Shown here piece by piece: positions 59,401 through 64,000 of a DNA stretch of 64,000 bases. Positions within the stretch are counted from its first letter, which is position 1, and each line of letters starts with the position of its first letter. The notes under the pieces are model-generated. The model did not search any database. It had not been told where the DNA came from and saw only the letters and a list, made by a program, of their open reading frames with translations. The DNA comes from an uncultured Clostridia bacterium (GTDB taxonomy: Bacteria > Bacillota > Clostridia > Christensenellales > CAG-138), in assembly GCA_946411635.1 (NCBI GenBank), contig CAMKES010000001.1:73810-137809 (forward strand). Reading direction: 5' to 3'. The position numbers and the translations under genes were made by a program.

Positions 59401-61225
59401 TGATATCGGTGGTCCAGACGTTGTTCCAGAAACCGGCGGACATATAGGTCATGTCGTCGACGTCGTACTGCGGCGCGTCGTCGCCGGTGTACGCCTTCAC
59501 GATGTCTTCGGTATAGCCGTTTTCGGTTTTATAATACAGATGATCCGGGTCCTGGAAGACGATCGGACAGCGCGGAAGATTGAAGAACAGACGGACGACC
59601 GTGGAGCCGTCGCCCATCACGAGGATCGTTGCCGTCGATCCCTCGTACAGGTCGGATTTGGAGGTGTTGTAGGACCAGGGCGCGGCATAGGTGCCGTTCC
59701 GGTACGTCGGATTGTCGCCGTTCGCGTCAAAATGGATCTCGTCTTCCACAAGGCCCATGTCAAAGGAGACGTTCTTCAGAACGGTTTTTACGTCGCTGAA
59801 CGACAGCGCCGTTCCGGCATAAGCCATGCTGCCGGCATTGTGGGTGCTGTCTACCAGGATCGTTCCGGTGAGGTAGTATTTGCCCTGTTCGAGATAGGAG
59901 GTGGACTCGACGTACAGCTCCACACGGAAACCGACTTTATCGGCAACGACCCACTTCGCGTAAATGCTCGTGTCCGCTTCCAGCGCGCTTCCGAACGTGA
60001 ACGCATTGTTCGTTTCGACTGCGCCGTCCATCAGATACCAGCCGTCGAACCGGTAACCGGCAAGCGTCGGCGCTTCGGGCGCGACCGTGGGTTCACCGGC
60101 TTCCACGAAGACGGGCGGGATATAGGAGCTGCCCTTCGTGTTGAAGGTCAGCCAGAAACCGACCTTCGCGATCGGGTACAGATCGACGTTGCCGCTGCCG
60201 TGATCGAGCACCAGCACATCGCCGTCCGCGTATTCCGTGCCGCTCGTTCCCGCGGTTTTCCAACCGAGGATCGTCATCGGCGTGCCGTTGTCCGAGCGCG
60301 GCGTGACGGCGGGGCTGTTCGCGATCAGCGTGGTCGAAACGGTGCCGCCTTCCGCAGGACGTTCGAAGAATCTCGTTTCGAGGATGCTGTCCTCGCCGCC
60401 GTTTTCAAAATCGTGGAAAAATACGAAGATGATGTTGTCTTCGCTGACAAACTTTGCGTAAAGCGTGGCGGGGGAGAGCTCCGCGCCGGTTTTGCCGAAG
60501 CCGTCGAACGCCTCGGTGCACGCTTCGTTCGCATACCAGCCCATAAAGACGTATCCGTCCTTCACGGGGTTTTCCGGCATCTCCAGCACTTCGGTCTTCT
60601 TCAGGATGACCTTCAGATATTCTTCACCGTCCGACAGGAACGTGAAGGTGACGGTCTCCTGATGATCGATAACGGACTGCACGCCGGTCTCCGGACCGAC
60701 GGGTGCGAGATCGACCGGATCGACCGGGCTGATCGGTTCGACGGGATCCTCAGGCTCCGCGGGATCGACGGGTTCCGCCGGTTCAACGGGATCCTCAGGC
60801 TCCGCGGGATCGACGGGTTCCGCCGGTTCAACGGGATCCTCAGGTTCTGCCGGATCGACGGGTTCCGCCGGTTCAACGGGATCCTCAGGTTCTGCCGGAT
60901 CGACGGGCTCCGCCGGTTCAACGGGATCCTCAGGTTCTGCCGGATCGACGGGCTCCGCCGGATCGACGGGCTCCGCGGGATCAACGGGTTCTTCGGGCTC
61001 CGCCGGGTCGGCGGGTTCTTCGGGATCCGCGGGGGCCTCCGGGCCGACCGGATTTTCGTGATCGAATCCTTCGCGGCTGCCGATCGAAACGCCGTTGCCG
61101 CTCGTTTTCTGAATCAGGTCCTTGTCGCGGGCGGAATCCGCCAGCGCGGCTGCAGGCAGAAGCTGCAGGACCATGATCGCCGCGATGAGGATCGCGAGTA
61201 TACGCTTTTTGCCGAAAAGCTTCAT
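53465..61225 (-). CDS. Giant (2586 aa) secreted adhesin-like protein: Pro/Glu/Asp repeats, InlB/Flg_new-like, Cna-B-like and MBG-like repeats, C-terminal degenerate metallophosphoesterase-like domain
   Basis: Signal peptide and GGAGG RBS. GYVFMGWY/GYRFDGWY repeats, VTKIWED...ITNT (Cna-B), and K.YDGT MBG-like repeats. C-terminal G.GFMRILRFD..TYSP. Confidence 0.85.
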   Translation of the reverse strand: MKLFGKKRILAILIAAIMVLQLLPAAALADSARDKDLIQKTSGNGVSIGSREGFDHENPVGPEAPADPEEPADPAEPEEPVDPAEPVDPAEPVDPAEPEDPVEPAEPVDPAEPEDPVEPAEPVDPAEPEDPVEPAEPVDPAEPEDPVEPAEPVDPAEPEDPVEPISPVDPVDLAPVGPETGVQSVIDHQETVTFTFLSDGEEYLKVILKKTEVLEMPENPVKDGYVFMGWYANEACTEAFDGFGKTGAELSPATLYAKFVSEDNIIFVFFHDFENGGEDSILETRFFERPAEGGTVSTTLIANSPAVTPRSDNGTPMTILGWKTAGTSGTEYADGDVLVLDHGSGNVDLYPIAKVGFWLTFNTKGSSYIPPVFVEAGEPTVAPEAPTLAGYRFDGWYLMDGAVETNNAFTFGSALEADTSIYAKWVVADKVGFRVELYVESTSYLEQGKYYLTGTILVDSTHNAGSMAYAGTALSFSDVKTVLKNVSFDMGLVEDEIHFDANGDNPTYRNGTYAAPWSYNTSKSDLYEGSTATILVMGDGSTVVRLFFNLPRCPIVFQDPDHLYYKTENGYTEDIVKAYTGDDAPQYDVDDMTYMSAGFWNNVWTTDISKTSGTVVTLADPIRLGTFTEGDKTYKYQWKVTNGWKTTTCHPDTYNPHYRGNYSSNFAGKTVTVTLQKVELGESFWSYKIYMWYPVLSTADQAELKRNGELKQTWADYSSNAPSPDGQEYYLEICHIGSVNNNPNTFSVSYGHDGFTVLGNDHIILEKDDTFTVNPTNTEGNPYYVSRSQLQKVSRHDVLHLFHHRNEVKLSYYPGLGMEPEMLENVPFNDALGLHQYTKATLVADESTRSQAGVTYLFNGWMSNSGELIKDFTGKYVFPCYDASFNGVWSPVTYTVVFDPKGGTFSGEPSVSVTSGEQIAKPSADPQKEGETFIGWRLADGRTPFYFGTIFNDEALESMPGYDAETRTLTLIAVYSSTEGYKVVYDANGGTGTVPIDDNEYRLGSYACIMGGSNLQKGSLKFIGWKIKNDTSNKLYQPGSELQIKNEFLSRPDSGSEYEVRLLAQYATDYPETKITFAIRPDDKTGIEWNPSPSAWTNTETPILNNESFDLSDLSAYSFHAEFGITVPNGYYFAGWSRSSSTSDTNALGKVIVDVENEDDENIVYAILIEQKAVEIVANSGTYLYNGEEQTVKGFKEIRVDGTVFTVEGNELKFTVGGETYTVTGIVAQNTGKDAGEYPVNVTGTAQVTDSSGTDVTARFKVTTIPGKLKITPRAVTLTSASDEKIYDGTPLTNDTVTVTGDGFVEGEGATYNVTGSQTVIGESSNTFTYTLNGNTKADNYTITTKEGKLKVTNTTVEIPVTKIWEDSGEANRPASIMVHLFAHGTEVDAAEVTAADDWKHTFTAPKYAEPATDGVNEEISYYVQEDAVSGYETFITGYTITNTHKCSLEIEKNVVGGSTELDFLYTVTIGTPHIDGFDDISDFMLHFHVNKVTASGTEDLLTAAERDRIGSEMWSYLTAQGGSGKAEFTLSFTLKHGEKVVISPLRYGTTYSITESGTPGYIPSTSEENTGTNGSSLAKDGTLAGHESVVFTNTFRPAIKITSATKEWTYDGKLHKEEVYTVEYTAAESTTSYDEEEEQNVTTVTTKTVTLEADAGSDGKVFTLPTGDKITITPTEDGVRNYGDSAAENNTFSQALTNAAGDDVTAQYPEIETEYGTLSIKKRTITMTSADDTKVYDSTPLTNDTVTVTGDGFVEGEGATYNVTGSQTNVGSSKNTFTYALNETTLAENYDITTKEGTLTVTPAGDVVVTITGHFNTSPYDGTKHEVKGYDVEISNPLYKESYFTFSGTAKAERTDAGKTMMGLAEDQFANTNPNFKTVTFLVTDGYQEILPIETTVTITGHTDTVDYDGTEHKVTGYDVKISNPLYKESYFTFSGTAKAERTDAGKTMMGLAEDQFANTNPNFKTVTFLVTDGYQEILPIETTVTITGHTDTVDYDGTEHKVTGYDVKISNPLYKESYFTFSGTAKAERTDAGKTMMGLAEDQFANTNPNFKTVTFLVTDGYQEILPIETTVTITGHKASYVFDNRTFAAEGYDVEIENPLYKESDFAFSGTAKVEAINAGVYEMGLAEDQFENTNPNFKTVTFLVTDGELTISKRPVILKSESATKVYDGTALEKPVVQILGMGFAKGDEPVVRALGSVTDVGTAVNAIDVLFPTGADNYDITLDEGTLEVTPRIVTVRADSKVKKFGSKDPELTATVSGLLSGDTVDYTLEREPGEKIGEYPITPSGEETQGNYIVVYVPGMLRITKPGEFEIVWFSDAKIAKEGARTDALAAMVDWILGCASDANVIAAFTTGSTAGTFNDADIEAKAVELLGKLRSKYFGIAGTIDVDGDAMDYGPFAARGLLHPQAVFGDGEIWVRRFAEHGILTIGIGFHKLAETDEEREDQQKRIDFVNAQIAAVDPAKYSTILFVNDYVDEAGSLTEFGKLIEEEIVKKNAGVRLILSSCTSGTVRTEMQYDGRTVNVLAFNYAADEENGLGFMRILRFDPDTRDIAVTTYSPVYDREFYDEAKKGNDMFTLTNAY
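54770..55800. repeat. 264-bp intragenic tandem repeat, 4 units
   Basis: CCGGTGATCGT recurs at 54993, 55257, 55521 and 55785. Central copies appear identical. Confidence 0.93.
60735..60965. repeat. 45-bp intragenic tandem repeat (PAEPEDPVEPAEPVD), 5 units
   Basis: ACGGGATCCTCAGG at 60741, 60786, 60831, 60876 and 60921. Confidence 0.93.
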
Positions 61226-61483
61226 TATTCTTCCTCCGTAAACAGTCAGGTCTATACCGTCCGCGCGCGGACGGACAACCGCAGCCGAATAACCGGCGCA
61301 GCGTCCGGACAGAGCGTTTTCCCGCGGAGAGACCCGTCAAAAGGTCCGAAGCCGGCAGGAGAACAAATTTCTCGGTTTTGTTCGATTATTCGGCGCGCTT
61401 TGTACAATTCTCTGCATACGGTTTTTCGATCGAAGTCCGAAAGACAGGACAAAAAACGGCTCGTGGTCCCGTATGCACCGAAC

Positions 61484-61513
61484 ATTATAATATGGGCAAA
61501 AACGACCTGTCAA
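61484..61513 (-). promoter_or_regulatory. Consensus sigma-A promoter upstream of the giant surface protein
   Basis: TTGACA-18 nt-TATAAT on the minus strand, about 260 bp before the ATG. Confidence 0.65.
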
Positions 61514-61827
61514 CGAAGTATATGATATATTATCAAAGGACGAAAAACGGGCAAAACACGCAAATCGGAATTTTGCCGAAAATCGTTGATTTTACTGGGT
61601 TTTTCGGCGCTTTTTCCGAAAAGTCGGAAACCGGGGAAAAAGGCGGATCTCCGACCGGACGGCAACGGCCGGACCGAATTGCCCGAAACGCGGGAACCGG
61701 CGTCCGGAAACGATGCGAACGGCGCTGCGTCCCGGCCGGACCGCGAAGCGGGATCCGCCGCCCGGTTTTTCGCGGAAATGTACAATCCGAGTCCGCGCTT
61801 TTGTACAGAACAGAGGGGGGTTGCATG

Positions 61828-61862
61828 AAAAAAACAGGATCCTCCGGTTTCGGAGGACCCTG
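61828..61862 (-). terminator. Intrinsic terminator of recA
   Basis: CAGG.TCCTCCG-loop-CGGAGGA.CCTG hairpin followed by a U-tract on the minus strand. Confidence 0.7.
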
Positions 61863-61875
61863 CGTTCCGTATTTC

Positions 61876-62955
61876 TCAGAATTCGGGCGGGGGAACGAGA
61901 TCGTCGTCTCCGCGGAGCGCGGCTTCACGCGCGCGGCGCTTTTCTTCCGCGGCAGCGGCGTCCTTTCTGCGCTGCTCTTCGATCTGCGCCTTGATCGCGT
62001 TTTCGATCTCGTTGCAGACCTCGGGGTTGTCCTTCAGGAACAGACGCGCGTTTTCGCGGCCCTGCGCCATGCGCATCTCGCCGTAGGAGAACCAGGAGCC
62101 GGACTTGATGATGATGCGGCGGTCGATCGCCATATCGAGGATGCAGCCTTCCTTGGAGATGCCCTCGCCGTAGAGCATATCGAACTCCGCGGTGCGGAAC
62201 GGCGGCGCGACCTTGTTCTTGACGATTTTTACGCGCGTACGCGAGCCGACCGCCTCGTTGCCGTTCTTGAGCGTTTCGATGCGGCGGACGTCCATGCGCA
62301 CGGAAGCGTAGAACTTCAGCGCCTTGCCGCCGGTCGTCGTTTCGGGATTGCCGAACATGACGCCGACCTTTTCGCGGAGCTGGTTGATAAAGATCACGAC
62401 GGTGTTGGTCTTTGCGACGCAGCCGGTGAGCTTTCTCAGGGCCTGCGACATCAGCCGCGCCTGAAGGCCCACGTGCGAATCGCCCATGTCGCCCTCGAGC
62501 TCCGCCTTCGGAACGAGCGCTGCGACCGAGTCGATGACGATCACGTCGATGGCGCCGCTTCGTGCGAGCGCTTCCGCAATGTCGAGCGCCTGCTCGCCGG
62601 TGTCCGGCTGGGACACGTAGAGATCCTCGATCTGTACGCCGAGGTGCTCCGCGTAAACGGGATCGAGCGCGTGTTCCGCGTCGATGAACGCCGCGGTGCC
62701 GCCCATCTTCTGCGCCTGTGCGACGATGTGCAGGGCGATGGTGGTTTTGCCGCTGGATTCCGGTCCGAAGATCTCGATGACGCGGCCGCGCGGCACGCCG
62801 CCGACGCCGAGCGCGAGATCCAGGTCAAGGCATCCGGTCGGGATCACGGAAACGGGCACGCGCGACGCGTCGCCCAGCTTCATGATCGCGCCTTTGCCGA
62901 AGTTTTTTTCGATCTGGCTCAGAGCGATCTCCAATGCTTTTTCTTTTTCCAACAT
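61876..62955 (-). CDS. recA: Recombinase A
   Basis: [42 protein letters not shown] and KNKVAPPF. Confidence 0.98.
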   Translation of the reverse strand: MLEKEKALEIALSQIEKNFGKGAIMKLGDASRVPVSVIPTGCLDLDLALGVGGVPRGRVIEIFGPESSGKTTIALHIVAQAQKMGGTAAFIDAEHALDPVYAEHLGVQIEDLYVSQPDTGEQALDIAEALARSGAIDVIVIDSVAALVPKAELEGDMGDSHVGLQARLMSQALRKLTGCVAKTNTVVIFINQLREKVGVMFGNPETTTGGKALKFYASVRMDVRRIETLKNGNEAVGSRTRVKIVKNKVAPPFRTAEFDMLYGEGISKEGCILDMAIDRRIIIKSGSWFSYGEMRMAQGRENARLFLKDNPEVCNEIENAIKAQIEEQRRKDAAAAEEKRRAREAALRGDDDLVPPPEF

Positions 62956-63009
62956 GTCGTGTTCCTCTCTTTCCACGTCTTGCGTATATAGTAGTATATC
63001 ACATGTCCG

Positions 63010-64000
63010 TTATTTCGTACAGATATTTCTTCGCAGCAGATCGAGCGCGTTGAGCGTCGCGGTATGCCGGATGCGGTCGCGGTCGCCGAACAGGTTCAGC
63101 CGCTTCACGACCGTTCCGTCTCTGCCCGCCAGCGCGACGAACACCGTGCCGACCGGCTTGTCCGGCTCGCCGCCGTCCGGTCCGGCGTATCCCGTGGTGG
63201 ACAGGGCGAAATCCGTTCCGGCGGCCTTTCGGCAGCCCTCGGCCATTTCACGCGCGCATTCCTCCGAAACCGCGCCGACGGTGTCGAGCGTTTCCTTCCG
63301 CACGCCGAGACGGCGCATCTTCGCGTCGTTCGAGTACGTCACGTCGCCCTCGACGAAATACGCGGAGCTGCCGGGATAGTTGATAAACGCGTCGGCGAGC
63401 CTGCCGCCGGTGCAGCTTTCCGCAACGGCGAGCGTTTTGCCCGCGTCGATCAGCGCGTGATGACAGACCTCCGCAAGCTCTCTGCCGTTCGTGTCGTACA
63501 CGACGTCGCCGATCGTCGCTCTGATCTGTGCGATCACGGGCGCAACGAGCGCTTCGCCCTCGGCGTCGTCGCGGCAGCGTGCGGTGACGCGCAGCGTGAC
63601 CTCGCCGGTCTTTGCGTACGGCGCGATCGTCGGGTTCGACTGATGCTTGATCAGCTCGTCAAGCCGGTACGTCACGTCCGACTCGCCCATGCCGAAGATG
63701 CGGACCTCACGCGAATACAGCCGGTGACCGCTCTTCTCGAGCAGGTAGGGAAGCACGTGGTTCAGAAACATCGGACGAAGCTCGCGCGGCGGTCCCGGCA
63801 TCAGGATCGCGGCTTTGCCCTCTGCTTCCATGATGCAGCCGGGCGCGGTCCCGTTCGGATTCGGAAGGATGATCGCGTCCTTCGGGAACATCGCCTGTTT
63901 TTTGTTGTTCGGCGCGACCGTGCGGCCCCGGGATTCAAAATAGGAAACGATCCCGTTCCATTCGTTCTCGAACAGCACGAGCTCTTTGCCGAGCGCTTCC
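63010..64000 (-). CDS. cinA: Competence/damage-inducible protein CinA (NMN deamidase domain), 5'-partial
   Basis: NGTAPG, PGPPRE, AVAESCTGG, GAVS and STTGYAGP. Upstream of recA; the start lies beyond the window. Confidence 0.94.
   Translation of the reverse strand, partial: EALGKELVLFENEWNGIVSYFESRGRTVAPNNKKQAMFPKDAIILPNPNGTAPGCIMEAEGKAAILMPGPPRELRPMFLNHVLPYLLEKSGHRLYSREVRIFGMGESDVTYRLDELIKHQSNPTIAPYAKTGEVTLRVTARCRDDAEGEALVAPVIAQIRATIGDVVYDTNGRELAEVCHHALIDAGKTLAVAESCTGGRLADAFINYPGSSAYFVEGDVTYSNDAKMRRLGVRKETLDTVGAVSEECAREMAEGCRKAAGTDFALSTTGYAGPDGGEPDKPVGTVFVALAGRDGTVVKRLNLFGDRDRIRHTATLNALDLLRRNICTK

Noticed and set aside
60735-60965. Regular 45-bp repeats as a possible CRISPR array
   Set aside because: No unique spacers, in-frame coding repeat, and no cas genes.
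53912-61525. 2537-aa plus-strand ORF
   Set aside because: Antisense shadow of the giant surface protein with Arg/Val-rich, motif-free composition.
62956-63009. LexA (GAAC-N4-GTTC) box upstream of recA
   Set aside because: GAACACGACATGTTG does not fit the consensus spacing or sequence.

Overview
GC-rich Firmicute (Clostridia; the style suggests a gut/rumen Christensenellales- or Oscillospirales-like lineage, which is an inference) chromosomal window. The housekeeping backbone is ung, fhs, a Sir2-family deacylase, comEC, ftsA-ftsZ, prmA-rsmE-mtaB-HIT, murC, SAM-I riboswitch-metK, ddl-murF, apbE, cinA-recA, tRNA-Glu(CTC) and tRNA-Arg(ACG). It is interleaved with many secreted or surface proteins. 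Two themes stand out. (1) A candidate non-cellulosomal cohesin-dockerin system: a 1793-aa secreted protein carries two tandem 5'-nucleotidase modules, two cohesin-like domains and a dockerin, and a secreted M30-like zinc peptidase about 14 kb away carries a very similar dockerin. No CAZyme is visible in the window. (2) An expanded family of 'CQPTP...INAxDG...GY' lipoproteins (DUF6034-like): three genes in an ABC-ATPase locus, plus three dispersed relics absent or only partly represented in the ORF track. These are a signal-peptide stub fused to an integrase remnant at tRNA-Glu, an internal fragment after tRNA-Arg, and a multiply deleted pseudogene. Other large secreted proteins end in unusual C-terminal modules (a conserved FN3-containing module; an apparently dead metallophosphoesterase) instead of LPXTG or SLH anchors. 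No CRISPR array, rRNA or intact mobile element was seen. All family calls come from motif recognition by eye and need HMM or structure confirmation.
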